A stretch of 64,000 nt of DNA. Origin: Planctomycetota bacterium. GTDB taxonomy: Bacteria; Planctomycetota; UBA8108; SXIK01. Positions within the stretch are counted from its first letter, which is position 1. Each line of letters opens with the position of its first letter. Of the stretch, positions 28,381 through 38,713 are shown in pieces. The translations under genes were made by a program, and so were the position numbers. The DNA lies in the NCBI GenBank assembly GCA_965223265.1, contig OZ244999.1:2848001-2912000 (forward strand), written 5' to 3'. The notes under the pieces are model-generated. The model was not told where the DNA came from and made no database searches. It worked only from the letters and a program-made list of their open reading frames with translations.

Positions 28381-28568
28381 AGCTTGCTCGGCCCCTCAAG
28401 TTTATCTGCCCCATCAGCCGACGATTCTTCCATAGAGCCGCCGCGGGATGGGACCGCTGCCGCATCAGGAGATGCTGCGGTTGGCTTCGGACGACGGCAG
28501 ATGCGATGACTCGGGAGAGACGCTTGTCGGCACAGACGCGACAGCAGAGCGAACCTCACAGCGCCACG

Positions 28569-30293
28569 ATGGCCGGCCGCGGTCGACGAAGACGACGGCG
28601 GTGGCTGTTTTGGGGTGCGTTCCTCATTGTCGCCATCGTCGCTTGGCGTTTCTTCGCCGCACCGGCGCCGACGGTGCCGGGAACTGTCGTTGTCGTTGAG
28701 CTCGGCGCAGAGATGCGCACTACTCCGCCCTCTCAGCTGCAGGCTTTTTTAGGCGCACCAGAACTGAGCCTACTGTCGCTCCACGAGGCGCTGGATGCGG
28801 CTGGCAAGGACGAGCACGTCGATGCGGTATTGCTTAAGATCGGCGCTCATCGCGTCGGCCGAGGGGTGGCAGAGGAGATTCGAGGTCTGGTAGCGGCGCT
28901 TCGCTCTAGCGGAAAACGGACCATCGCTTTTCTGTCGCAGCCCGACAGTGAATCGTATTTGATCGCATCTGCGGCCGACGAGGTGATCCTCGAGCGCGCC
29001 GCACTTTTTGACGTTAGGGGGATTCGCCTGTCGTCTATGTTTCTCGGAAAGACCTTGGCGCGTTACGGCGTCGAGGCTGATTTTGTCCGCGTCGGCTCAT
29101 TCAAAGGGGCGTACGAGCAACTGGTGCGCTCGACGCCTACGCCAGAGTTCGAAGCAGCGATGGAATCCCTCGTTGACTCACTCTATGAGAGCTTGATCCG
29201 TGCAATTGCTTCGTCGCGCGAACGTCAGCAGGATGCTATTGGCTCGGCGATCGATGCCGCACCGCTGACACCGCAGGAGGCGATCGCGCAGGGGCTCGTC
29301 GATCATGTGCTGTTTGAGGACGAGCTCAAGGCACACATCGATAAGACTCTCGGCAGATCTGAGCTGCACTTCGAATCGGCGCAGTCGTTTCTGTCGCGGT
29401 GGCACCGTGCTGTCGACCGCGACCGAGCGTCGATTGCATTGATTGCGCTTGAGGGGACAATTGTCGATGGGGATTCGGGGAGACTTTCGCTCGTTGGCAA
29501 CGTGAGCGGCGCTGACACGATTGTCGACGCGATCCGTAGCGCCGAGGAGGACGACGCCGTCAGCGCGATCGTCCTTTACATCAATAGTCCGGGCGGCGGT
29601 GTCGGTGCCTCGGAACGCATTTGGCGTGCGGTAACTCAGGCACACAAGCCCGTGGCAGCCTACATCGCTGGCGTTGGCGCGTCAGGGGGATACTACGCAG
29701 CGGCGGCTGCAGATGTTATCTTCGCGCAAGAGATGAGTTTGACCGGCTCGATCGGGATCTTTGGGGGTAAGTTCGTGGCGGCGGAGCTTCTGGATTCGCA
29801 GGAGGTGGGGGTGCACACTTACTCGCGAGGTGCGCGAGCAAGCATGTTTGATCTTTCACGCCGGTTCAACGCCGATGAAAAGACAGCGCTGGCTCGCACG
29901 ATGCAGAAATCCTACGACACGTTCGTCGAGCGCGTCACACGTGGCCGCCGCCTAGAACGCAGTGAGGTTGAGAGGGCTGCGGACGGGCGAGTCTGGAGCG
30001 GGGTGCAGGCGCGGACGCTTGGGCTTGTCGATCACATCGGCGGGCTCGCCGATGCCATCGGCGAACTCGAGGAGCGTGCGGGGGTCTCGGACACTACACT
30101 CGTCGTCTACCCGAAGCCTCCCGGGCTTCTGGCGCCGTTCGTTCAACATCGAGAGCGCCTCGTGCACAACGGGAACCAAGCCGGTGCCGCCATGCGAGCC
30201 GGCGACTTGGCACGGACTCTCATCGAGGAGTTGTCCTGGCTCTCCGACGCTCGCGGCGTCGCCCTTATGCCGCACTTTCTTGAGGTGCGCTGA
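28569..30293 (+). CDS. sppA: Signal peptide peptidase SppA (protease IV, two-domain type)
   Basis: N-terminal TM, 'YLIASAAD', 'VGSFKGAYE', 'INSPGG', 'ASGGYY', 'TGSIG', 'DGRVWSG..A..LGLVD.IGG'. Start moved from 28209 to ATG 28569. Confidence 0.9.
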   Translation: MAGRGRRRRRRWLFWGAFLIVAIVAWRFFAAPAPTVPGTVVVVELGAEMRTTPPSQLQAFLGAPELSLLSLHEALDAAGKDEHVDAVLLKIGAHRVGRGVAEEIRGLVAALRSSGKRTIAFLSQPDSESYLIASAADEVILERAALFDVRGIRLSSMFLGKTLARYGVEADFVRVGSFKGAYEQLVRSTPTPEFEAAMESLVDSLYESLIRAIASSRERQQDAIGSAIDAAPLTPQEAIAQGLVDHVLFEDELKAHIDKTLGRSELHFESAQSFLSRWHRAVDRDRASIALIALEGTIVDGDSGRLSLVGNVSGADTIVDAIRSAEEDDAVSAIVLYINSPGGGVGASERIWRAVTQAHKPVAAYIAGVGASGGYYAAAAADVIFAQEMSLTGSIGIFGGKFVAAELLDSQEVGVHTYSRGARASMFDLSRRFNADEKTALARTMQKSYDTFVERVTRGRRLERSEVERAADGRVWSGVQARTLGLVDHIGGLADAIGELEERAGVSDTTLVVYPKPPGLLAPFVQHRERLVHNGNQAGAAMRAGDLARTLIEELSWLSDARGVALMPHFLEVR

Positions 30294-30487
30294 GGCTTTG
30301 ACGCGTTCTCTTGACGCTCGCGCCCATTTCTCATAAGTTCTGCTGCGGCTGTGGAGGTCGCGTTTCGGTCAAGGCGTTACGACCTTGGCTGCAATGCGTT
30401 TCCCAGCGTCAGTCGGAGCGAAATGGACGAGAAGCGCGCCGTGGCCAAGAACGTGGTCGCAAACGCATTCCTGAACGATAGGAGACG

Positions 30488-32266
30488 TTGCTGGTGTCGA
30501 TCGTGGTGATAAAGGTGGTGACGAAGAGGCGCGGCTGGCAGCGATTTAGGTGGTTCGGACTCTGCTGCATTTTCGCCGCGTCTCTTACATCGTGTGCGCA
30601 TGAGCCAGGCTACTTCCTCGACGTCGCGGAGCGCGACGGAATGGAGTTCGTGAGCTACTCGGGCGATCGTCTGTGGTACCTCATCGACACGCTCGGCGCT
30701 GGGGTGGCGGCCGGAGACTATGACGGCGACGGTGATTCAGATCTGTTCTTTCTTTCTGGCCACGCGATTCTCGACTCGTTCCAGGATGAAGCTGACGAGC
30801 ACAGTAACGCACTTTGGCGCAATGACGGCGGGACCTTTACGGACGTCACAACCGAGACCGGGTTGCATAGAACCGGCTGGTCGAACGGTGCAGTGTTTGC
30901 GGACTATGATGACGACGGTGATCTTGACCTCTACGTCGCCCGTCATGGCCCGAACCTTTTGTACCGCAACGACGGCGGAAAGTTCGTCGAGCGGGCGGCG
31001 GAGGCCGGAGTCGATGATCATGGATTTGGCACCAGCGCTTGTTTCTTCGACTACGACGGTGACGGAGACCTCGATCTCTACGCTGCCAACTACGCTATCT
31101 TCGACGTCGCCGAGCAGAAGGGCAAAGTCAAGTGGTTCACCGACGGCGTCAAGCAGTTCCCGCAGTACTTCGAATCGCAGGACAACGTCCTGTATCGCAA
31201 CGACGGCAACGGCCGATTCACGGACGTCACCGAAGCCGCTGGTGCCGCGGGCACGGGGCGAAGCCTTGGCGTTGTCGCGACTGACTATGATCAGGATGGG
31301 GACCTGGATCTGTTCGTCGCCAATGATGTCGGGTTCAACAATCTTCTGCACAACGACGCCGGAGAATTCCGTGACGTCGCTCTGCTCACCGGAGTCGCGT
31401 GCAACGAGAGAGGTGCCTTCGAGGCCTGCATGGGCGTCGACGCTGCGGATATCGACAACGACGGTGACATGGACTTGATCGTCACGAACTACGGCGGTGA
31501 ACAGAACACGGTGTACCGCAATGAGGGCGACGGGTTTTTCGTCGACGCAACACGAGAACTGGGCCTTGTGAACCAGGCGGTCCTCGATTGCGTCGGGTGG
31601 GGCGTCGGATTTCACGACTTCAACCAAGATCAACATCTTGATCTCTTCGTCATCAACGGACATGTCGTCTCGAATATGGTGGCGTTCTACATGCGACACT
31701 GGAATGACAGTTCGAACGATATTCCGCAGATGGGCGCCGGCTCGTTTCGCCTTGGCGCGAAGCAAACCAAACTGTTTTTCTTTGGCGGGCCAGACGGACA
31801 GTTCCGCGATGCGACGCAGGAGTGTGGCTACGAGGTTTCTAGTCCCCGCATGGGACGGGGAGCGGCGTTCGCTGATCTCGACCTTGATGGAAGCGTCGAC
31901 GTCGCGGTGAGTAACAAGAATGCAGAGGCCCAGGTACTCCTGAATCGATTCCCCAATCGCGGCAATTGGATCGTCTTCGACTTGCGCTCGCCGCCGCCCA
32001 ACCGTTTCGCCATCGGCGCTGTGGTGTCCATTCCGATCGCAGAGGGAAAGAGCCTCACGCGCGAGCTGCACGCTGGTACGAGTTATCTCTCAGCGAGTGA
32101 GCTTGCCGTCCACTTCGGTCTCGGAGAGATGACGCTTGTCGAGCGCGTCGAGGTCCGCTGGCCGGACGGCGTCGTCGAGGTGTTTGAAGACCTCGAGGTG
32201 AATCGACGGCATCAGCTCGAGCGTCGCGTTGGGGCCGCGCCGAGGTCGTTGAGCGTCGACCCCTGA
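30488..32266 (+). CDS. CRTAC1-family protein (FG-GAP/VCBS repeats plus ASPIC/UnbV), probable lipoprotein
   Basis: Repeated DxDxDGDxDL motifs, 'NRFAIGA.V', 'SYLS....VHFGLG', 'VRWPDG'; lipobox LTSC. Confidence 0.9.
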   Translation: MLVSIVVIKVVTKRRGWQRFRWFGLCCIFAASLTSCAHEPGYFLDVAERDGMEFVSYSGDRLWYLIDTLGAGVAAGDYDGDGDSDLFFLSGHAILDSFQDEADEHSNALWRNDGGTFTDVTTETGLHRTGWSNGAVFADYDDDGDLDLYVARHGPNLLYRNDGGKFVERAAEAGVDDHGFGTSACFFDYDGDGDLDLYAANYAIFDVAEQKGKVKWFTDGVKQFPQYFESQDNVLYRNDGNGRFTDVTEAAGAAGTGRSLGVVATDYDQDGDLDLFVANDVGFNNLLHNDAGEFRDVALLTGVACNERGAFEACMGVDAADIDNDGDMDLIVTNYGGEQNTVYRNEGDGFFVDATRELGLVNQAVLDCVGWGVGFHDFNQDQHLDLFVINGHVVSNMVAFYMRHWNDSSNDIPQMGAGSFRLGAKQTKLFFFGGPDGQFRDATQECGYEVSSPRMGRGAAFADLDLDGSVDVAVSNKNAEAQVLLNRFPNRGNWIVFDLRSPPPNRFAIGAVVSIPIAEGKSLTRELHAGTSYLSASELAVHFGLGEMTLVERVEVRWPDGVVEVFEDLEVNRRHQLERRVGAAPRSLSVDP

Positions 32267-32291
32267 CAGCGCCCGCTTGGTCGCCGTGAAT

Positions 32292-33359
32292 TCACTTTCT
32301 TCGACGCTGCGCCGGGCACGTTTTTCTGAGGACGATGCCATAGCGCTGCATGCGGCGATAGAGAGTTGAGCGTGAGACGCCGAGCCTTTCGGCTGCGATC
32401 GTCAGGTTGTTGTTGGCAGCCATCAGCGTTTCGCGCACGACGGGTCCGAGCAGTTGGCGCTCGAGGTCAGCCAGCTTGGCGTGTTTCGACCGCGCGCGGC
32501 GGGGGCGGCGTGTTCCGTTCAGGATGCGCCTTGAGAGTTGTCGTTCTGTCACCGTGCCTCGGTGAGTGCATACCAGACGATGCACCTCGTTTTTCAGCTC
32601 GCGTACGTTGCCGGGCCAGTCGTAGGCGATCAATCTCTTCATGGCTGCTTCGGAGAATCGAAGCGGCGGTGTCCGATCTAGGTGCTCAGCGAAGACGTTG
32701 GCGAAGTAGAGGACCAGGAGGGGGACGTCGGTGGCGCGGGATCGCAAAGGCGGAAGGTGGATTGTGGCGACGTTGAGGCGGTAGTAGAGGTCCTCGCGAA
32801 ACTGTTGCCGTTCGACGAGATCCTCCAGCACCCGATTGGTCGCGGAAATGACACGAAAGTCGACCTTGATCGCCGCGCTGCCGCCGATTCTTCGGACCTC
32901 GCGTTCCTGGAGCACGCGGAGGAGGCGTTTCTGCGTCCCGAGGTCCATCTCGCCGATTTCATCGAGAAAGACGCTGCCTCCCTGGGAACGCTCGAAGATC
33001 CCGGCGTGCCCGCTCGCCGCGCCGGTAAAGGCGCCGCGTTCGTGGCCAAACAATTCAGCCTCGATCAGGCTGGGCGGGATGGCGCCGCAGTTTTCGCTGA
33101 TAAAGGGCTCGTTGCGACGCTGGCTCAGGTTGTGGATGGCCTTCGCCACGAGCTCCTTCCCGGTGCCGCTCTCGCCTTCGATCAGAACCGACAGGTCCGA
33201 CTTGGCCAGTGTCGCGATCGAGTGGTGCACGCCTCGAAGCGCCGAACTGCTGCCGACCAGTTCGTCCACGGCGTCACTCCATGATGATTGTTGTAACGTC
33301 TTTTGGTCTACAGTATTATGTGGCTTCCCCTGCTCCGCTGCGGAGCGGTTGGAGCCCAA
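32292..33359 (-). CDS. Sigma54-dependent enhancer-binding protein (AAA+ and Fis HTH) with no sensory domain
   Basis: GESGTGKE, 'ELFGHERGAFTGA', FLDEIG, 'FREDLYYRL', 'WPGNVREL', C-terminal 'AERLGVSRSTLYRRM'; only ~30 aa precede the AAA+ domain. Confidence 0.92.
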   Translation of the reverse strand: MGSNRSAAEQGKPHNTVDQKTLQQSSWSDAVDELVGSSSALRGVHHSIATLAKSDLSVLIEGESGTGKELVAKAIHNLSQRRNEPFISENCGAIPPSLIEAELFGHERGAFTGAASGHAGIFERSQGGSVFLDEIGEMDLGTQKRLLRVLQEREVRRIGGSAAIKVDFRVISATNRVLEDLVERQQFREDLYYRLNVATIHLPPLRSRATDVPLLVLYFANVFAEHLDRTPPLRFSEAAMKRLIAYDWPGNVRELKNEVHRLVCTHRGTVTERQLSRRILNGTRRPRRARSKHAKLADLERQLLGPVVRETLMAANNNLTIAAERLGVSRSTLYRRMQRYGIVLRKTCPAQRRRK

Positions 33360-33596
33360 GGGATTATTTCTTAAAGTTAAGATTTGTCAAATGATTAACT
33401 GGTGGGCGAGCGCTCACCCAGCGCTGACCAGAGGTGCAGAAGCTACGGGACAGGAGTGGAATCCAAGGAGCGGATCCGCACCGCGTTTGTAGCCGCAGCT
33501 GCAGCGTGGGGCGGCTCCCGGAGCGACACTACACGGCGGTCGCTCCCCGCACCATCGTTTCCGTTTGGCGCGCCGTTTGGGCGCCGGGAGGGAGTC

Positions 33597-34241
33597 TTGG
33601 CTTTCGGACAACATTGGGAGTGGCGAGGATTTGGTGCTCTTCCTATGGAGTCGCGTCGCCGTATCGAGTCTTTGCCGCCACGTTTTCCCCGCGCTCAAGA
33701 GCTCACCGATCGTTATCTCTGGAGTGCGCGGTCGAAGGTCAACGTCAAGCTTCGTCATGGCGACCTCAAATTCAAGCGCCTGGTCCGCCAACTAGACGAC
33801 CTCGAGGAGTGGCTCGAGGATCGGGACGAGAACCATCCCTTTCCGCTCGGTGCGACCGAATGGGCTAAGCTGGCGAGCGTACTCGACGTCGATCTGGGGG
33901 CACCGCCGGCGGTTGAGATCGAGCGCGATGGGTTGCTCGCTGCGATCGAACGGCTCTCTGAGGTCAAAGTCATCGACGTCACGAAGCGCCGGCAGCAGTT
34001 CAGTCTCGACATCTTGATGCGAGACGAGATGCATCCCGTGATTGTTGAGCTGGCTGAGATTTCAGCGCCGGAACGCATCGTCAGCGTTGGTATCGAGAAC
34101 GAAGAGCGTGAGCTCGTCGAGCGAGCTCGCGTGGAGCTCGACCTCGGTCCTGAGGTCGTCGCGCTCAGCTATTTCGACGCTCTGGGGCGCTGGGCGCGCG
34201 GCTTCAAGATCGATGTCGCTGCGGGACGGCAAGCGCCGTAG
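33597..34241 (+). CDS. CYTH-like (triphosphate tunnel) domain protein
   Basis: 'WEWRGFG', 'TDRYL', 'NVKLR..DLKFKRL', 'VTKRRQQF', 'VELAEI...GIE'; GGAGGGAG RBS before TTG 33597. Confidence 0.55.
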   Translation: MAFGQHWEWRGFGALPMESRRRIESLPPRFPRAQELTDRYLWSARSKVNVKLRHGDLKFKRLVRQLDDLEEWLEDRDENHPFPLGATEWAKLASVLDVDLGAPPAVEIERDGLLAAIERLSEVKVIDVTKRRQQFSLDILMRDEMHPVIVELAEISAPERIVSVGIENEERELVERARVELDLGPEVVALSYFDALGRWARGFKIDVAAGRQAP

Positions 34242-34338
34242 CGGGTTTCGTCGTCGAGCGCCGAGACCACGTTCTCCGATTCCGCACGGCGTGGAATGCC
34301 TCTTCGTGCGGTGAGCCTCCGCGAGCTTGAGAGAAGGG

Positions 34339-35439
34339 CTAAAACGCTGAGAAGAGGGCGTTGACGAAAGTGCTGATTGGGGCTTGCTCGCGCAAGTCTT
34401 CAAGCGCCTCGCGGGCTTGCACGAGGATGCTGACGAGCTCGCGCCACGCTTGGTCGTTGTTGACGATCTGCCCCAGCGTGCCGTGACCAGAGTTGACTTT
34501 GTTGACGATGTCACGTGCCGACTCCAGGATCTCCTCGAATGACTTGGCCAGTTCACCGTCGGTGAGAAGCTTTGCGACAACTCCGTCTCCTTGGCGAAGC
34601 GAGTCGGTCACCTCACGCAGGTTGCTGATTGCGACGCGCAGCTCTTCCTTCGCCGCCTCGTCGCGCAGTAAAAACGCGAGGATCCCCTCGCCGGCCCGTA
34701 GCTCCTCTGAAACCTCGGAGAGGTTCGTGATCAGCTTGAGTGCCTCGTCACGCGCTTTCGGATCCTTAATCAACGAACCGAGCAGTCCTTCGGCCTCTTC
34801 GATGGACTTGGCGACGCTACTAAACGTATCGGACATTTCACGAAAGCTGCGGATGGTTTGGCTGAAGTCATCGCCGAGCTCAACGTCATGGATCACGCGC
34901 CCGAGAATGCCGCGGCCGGTCCGCAGCTCTTCAACGACGTTGTGGATGCCCTCGAGGATTTCCGTGATGCGCCCCGAGTTCTCCTGTACGAGATTCTCCA
35001 GCTGTTTGAATAGATCGCCAGCGGCCTCGCCGCGATACTCTCCATCCCTCAACACCGGTGTCACGATTTCGTCTTCCGATCGGCTTGTGATCTCGACGTG
35101 ACGGCCACCGAGCGCCCCGGAGCTTCTGATCTCGAAACTTGGATTTTTGCCGAGTTCGAACTTGTCGTCGAAGATGCGACATTTCACGAGAATCGGGTCA
35201 GCATTGACTTTGCGGTTTAGCTCGATGTCATCGACCATGCCGACTCGAAATCCCTGATAAAAGACACGATCGCCGGGCGAGAGACCATCGACATTCGCAA
35301 ACCTCACCGAAATCGTCTTCGGTGCCGCTGACAGCCATGAAAGTTCGCCCACCTTCAACGTGGCAACGCCAAAGATGAGGAGGCCGCCTAGGAAGGCGAC
35401 GCCGACGATGAAGTTACGGAAGCCAGGCGCTTTCGACAT
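34339..35439 (-). CDS. mlaD: MCE/MlaD family protein with long helical C-terminus
   Basis: N-terminal TM, 'F.NVDGL..GD.V...G..VG.V..I', 'GALGGRHVEI', repeated 'G.G.LG.LI.D' helices. Confidence 0.88.
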   Translation of the reverse strand: MSKAPGFRNFIVGVAFLGGLLIFGVATLKVGELSWLSAAPKTISVRFANVDGLSPGDRVFYQGFRVGMVDDIELNRKVNADPILVKCRIFDDKFELGKNPSFEIRSSGALGGRHVEITSRSEDEIVTPVLRDGEYRGEAAGDLFKQLENLVQENSGRITEILEGIHNVVEELRTGRGILGRVIHDVELGDDFSQTIRSFREMSDTFSSVAKSIEEAEGLLGSLIKDPKARDEALKLITNLSEVSEELRAGEGILAFLLRDEAAKEELRVAISNLREVTDSLRQGDGVVAKLLTDGELAKSFEEILESARDIVNKVNSGHGTLGQIVNNDQAWRELVSILVQAREALEDLREQAPISTFVNALFSAF

Positions 35440-35550
35440 GAGTCGCTCCTTCTAACAGCCTTTTCCTGTCAAGTGTTCGTCGATAGTAGGTCGGAACTGC
35501 TCGGACGACCGCGTGCTGCGTCGCCGAAACACAGATGCTTCGACTGGCTT

Positions 35551-36375
35551 TTAATCATCGCGCGTTAGCGGTCCTTTCGTGCTGCCGGAAATGAACTGCT
35601 GAACAATCGGATCGGACGAACTCCTAAACTCGTCTGGGGATCCGACAGCGATGATGCGTCCTTGGTAGAGCATTGCGATGCGATCCGCGATCATGTACGC
35701 GCTCTCCATGTCGTGCGTCACGACGATTTGAGTCGAACCGAGTGCTTCTCGGGTGTGGATGATGAGTTCGTTGATTGTGTTCGCGATCACGGGGTCGAGT
35801 CCTGAAGTTGGTTCGTCGTAGAGGATGATCTCGGGGTCCAGTACGATCGCCCGAGCGAGGGCTGCGCGCTTCTTCATGCCGCCCGATATGTCACCCGGGT
35901 ACTTGTCACGGGCGCTTTCCATTTCAACGAGGCGGAGTTTTTCGAGCACGCGCTCGTGGCGCTGGGACGCGGTCATTTGGCGTCGATGCTCGAGGAGGGG
36001 CAGTTCGATGTTTTCAGCGACGGTCATCCAGTTGAGCAGCGCCCCCGCCTGAAACAAATAACCCATGCGCAGACTGAGGGCCTGGCGTTCTTTCTTCGTC
36101 AACTGCCTCTGATCGCGTCCGAACACGGTGACGCTTCCTGAGTCTGGTTCGAGCAAGCCGACGATGTGGCGAATCGTGACACTTTTCCCCGTTCCGCTCC
36201 GACCGATGATCACGAGAGTCTCATTAGGGTAGACCTTGAGATCGAGCGAACGTAGGACGTGAAAGCTTCCAAAGCTCTTCGAGACACCCTTCAGCTCGAC
36301 GAGCGGCGCCTCCGCATCGTCGCGTGCTTTCGGTTCAGGGGGGCTGTCGTCTTTGGGCGGATCGGTGGTCAGCAA
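35551..36375 (-). CDS. mlaF: ABC transporter ATP-binding protein MlaF/Mkl
   Basis: GRSGTGKS, 'FQAGAL', 'SGGMKKRAALARA', 'YDEPTSGLDP', 'VTHDM'. Confidence 0.92.
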   Translation of the reverse strand: MLTTDPPKDDSPPEPKARDDAEAPLVELKGVSKSFGSFHVLRSLDLKVYPNETLVIIGRSGTGKSVTIRHIVGLLEPDSGSVTVFGRDQRQLTKKERQALSLRMGYLFQAGALLNWMTVAENIELPLLEHRRQMTASQRHERVLEKLRLVEMESARDKYPGDISGGMKKRAALARAIVLDPEIILYDEPTSGLDPVIANTINELIIHTREALGSTQIVVTHDMESAYMIADRIAMLYQGRIIAVGSPDEFRSSSDPIVQQFISGSTKGPLTRDD

Positions 36376-36378
36376 GGT

Positions 36379-37176
36379 TCAGAGATTCAACCGGAAGAAG
36401 ATGAACGTGATGTAGTAGCCAAGAATGATGATCAGAAGGTAGGAGTAAACGACCGACTTGCGCGTTGCTTGACCAACGCCGATGGCGCCCCCTCGCGCGC
36501 GCAAACCTTGCGAACAACCGACGATGGCGATGACGATCCCGAAGATGACCGCCTTCAAGACTCCGGTGTTGACGTCCTTCAGGGTCAAGTAGTCGAGCGC
36601 GTCCGTGCGGAATCTTTGAAAGCTGACGTCGAATTGCGCGTAGCTGATCACAGCGCCGCCGACGATTCCGACCAGGCTCGTGTAGACGGTGAGCACTGGC
36701 GTCATGATCGCCATGGCGATCAGCCGCGGCAGCACCAAGAAGCGTGCCGGATCGATGCTCATGATCTCGAGCGCGTCGATTTCTTCCGAGACTTTCATGG
36801 TGCCGAGCTCAGCGGCGATCCCTGAGCCAACACTCGCCGCCAGGATCAGCGCGGTCATAAACGGGCCCATTTCGCGCACCATCGAGACGGCCACGATCCT
36901 CCCGATGAGCTCCTCCTGGTCGATCTCTTGTAAGCTGAGGCCGCCGTTGAGCGCCAGAATGACCCCTGTGAAAATGCTGACGACGAGCGTCACGGGAATG
37001 GTCTGAATGCCGCAGATGTACATCTGCCGGTAGACGCTTTCGCGGTAGTGGCGGCGCAAGAGAGCCCCCACCTGGAGCGTCGAATGCGCCAAAAGACTTA
37101 ATCCGTAGCCGGTGCTCTCGGCCGCAGCGGTGAGTACTTCTCCGATTCGGCTGATCGGGGCAGTGAGGAACTTCAT
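36379..37176 (-). CDS. mlaE: ABC transporter permease MlaE
   Basis: 'REMGP', 'GSGIAAELGTMKVSEEIDALEIM', 'GAIGVGQAT..SVV'. Confidence 0.93.
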   Translation of the reverse strand: MKFLTAPISRIGEVLTAAAESTGYGLSLLAHSTLQVGALLRRHYRESVYRQMYICGIQTIPVTLVVSIFTGVILALNGGLSLQEIDQEELIGRIVAVSMVREMGPFMTALILAASVGSGIAAELGTMKVSEEIDALEIMSIDPARFLVLPRLIAMAIMTPVLTVYTSLVGIVGGAVISYAQFDVSFQRFRTDALDYLTLKDVNTGVLKAVIFGIVIAIVGCSQGLRARGGAIGVGQATRKSVVYSYLLIIILGYYITFIFFRLNL

Positions 37177-37225
37177 GGCTCCTTCGTCGACAGGTAGACG
37201 CCGAACGCTCGGACTTCAGAGGTGA

Positions 37226-38713
37226 CTACCACAGTGGAATGTAGAGTAGCTTGAGCGTCACCCCGCCGTCCTGCCGGCCGCACTCCAGCAGCCCGCCGAG
37301 GAGGCTGAACACGCTTTCGCGGCGCGTAGCATCGCGCCGAAACATCACGGCCCCATAAAGTACTTCCCACCCGGAAAGGTCTTGAGTCCACCGGTAGCGA
37401 AAGATGCTGAACCAGCGAGCATAGTGACGCTGGTATGGCTCGGCGTCGAACCAGAGCGGCGAAAACAGGTCGAAGCTGACGTCGTCGCCTCGTCGCTTGT
37501 AGTACCAAAACGGCCACACTTTCCACTTCTCTTCGGTTGCCAGTGTGTCCGTGTCAATGTAGTAGAAATGCCAGAGCAAAGGAAGCAGCCAGAAGCGTGT
37601 CGTCTCCTGGTTGCCGTCGGCGAACCAGTCGTAGCGCTCGATGGGCCAGAGGAAGAAGTGCCGATAACGTCGCCTGGCCGTGGCTCCGTCGCCGATGGGC
37701 CCGGGCTCTTCGAGCTGCTTGACGCCAAAGAACGGCCACAGGTCATAGTGGTTGTCGGTGAACCGGTACGGGATCACGTATCCCATATGGGTCGTCTGGC
37801 CGGTGCGTAGGTCTTCGTGGACTTGATAGAACGGCCACAGATAGGTTCGGGTTTCAGATCGTTCGCCGAGTCGATGACCGTAAAAAGGGAAGGTGAAAAA
37901 CGTTTGCTGCGGGCTGTCGTGCAGGCGATCCTCTCGCTCGATGTAAAACGGCCACAAGACGAAGCGCTGACGGCTCCGCGGCTCGCCATCTTGAGTCTGT
38001 GTGGAGTAGCGGCCATAGAACGGCCAGGCGCGCCAGCCTTCCCAGTTGCGGCCCCACACTGTGTTGACGAACGGCCACAGAACGTGGAGCGAGTGTTTGG
38101 ACTCGTTCTCGCTTTTCCAGTAGATCGGAAAGAGGGCGAAGTGGATTTTGTCTTGACCGAGGAGGCCGCGTAGTTGTCCGCCGACTGGAAAGAAGGCGAA
38201 ATAGCTCCCGGCGCCGGGTTCGTGCCCCCAGAAGAAGAACGGCAAAAGCATCCAGTCGCTGTCTGCGCCCTCTGGGCCACGGCGCTGGCGGTGAAAGAAC
38301 AGGGGCAGGAGCTGCACACGATGTTGGTTGTGTTCAAGTGACACGTCGACCACCGGCGGCAAGGACCGCACGCGTGTCCTTTCCAACTCGGGCGCGACCT
38401 CATCTCGCGGCACCCCGAGCGGTAGTGAGCGCTCGTAGCTGAACAGCGGGCGATAGTACACCTCTCGGCCCGTGGCTGCTTCCGGGCTGCTTGGGCTCGG
38501 GTACTCCTCGTAGAAGGGGGGGACGCCGTAGGTACCCTCGATCGTTCGGCAGCCTGAAACGCTGAGGACAAAAAGAGCGAGAGCCACCCCGCAAGATAGC
38601 GCCGCGCGCTCCGGCGCCGTCAGCGTCAGTCGAGCCGTACCTGCGGGAAGAAGTTGGGGACGATGAATCGCCAAACCAAGTTGCTCTTCTGGCTGTATGG
38701 AAGGAGATGGCAT
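37226..38713 (-). CDS. Aromatic-rich (W/L)PF(F/Y)-repeat putative lipoprotein
   Basis: Lipobox-like VSGC after a hydrophobic stretch; about 15 short repeats such as LLPLFF, LLPFFF, FFPV, LWPFV, AWPFY, LWPFY, LWPFF, VWPFW. Start uncertain. Confidence 0.75.
   Translation of the reverse strand: MPSPSIQPEEQLGLAIHRPQLLPAGTARLTLTAPERAALSCGVALALFVLSVSGCRTIEGTYGVPPFYEEYPSPSSPEAATGREVYYRPLFSYERSLPLGVPRDEVAPELERTRVRSLPPVVDVSLEHNQHRVQLLPLFFHRQRRGPEGADSDWMLLPFFFWGHEPGAGSYFAFFPVGGQLRGLLGQDKIHFALFPIYWKSENESKHSLHVLWPFVNTVWGRNWEGWRAWPFYGRYSTQTQDGEPRSRQRFVLWPFYIEREDRLHDSPQQTFFTFPFYGHRLGERSETRTYLWPFYQVHEDLRTGQTTHMGYVIPYRFTDNHYDLWPFFGVKQLEEPGPIGDGATARRRYRHFFLWPIERYDWFADGNQETTRFWLLPLLWHFYYIDTDTLATEEKWKVWPFWYYKRRGDDVSFDLFSPLWFDAEPYQRHYARWFSIFRYRWTQDLSGWEVLYGAVMFRRDATRRESVFSLLGGLLECGRQDGGVTLKLLYIPLW

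Noticed and set aside
28209-28568. Long N-terminal extension of SppA
   Set aside because: It overlaps the recombinase relic and has no plausible composition; ATG 28569 precedes the basic-plus-TM anchor.
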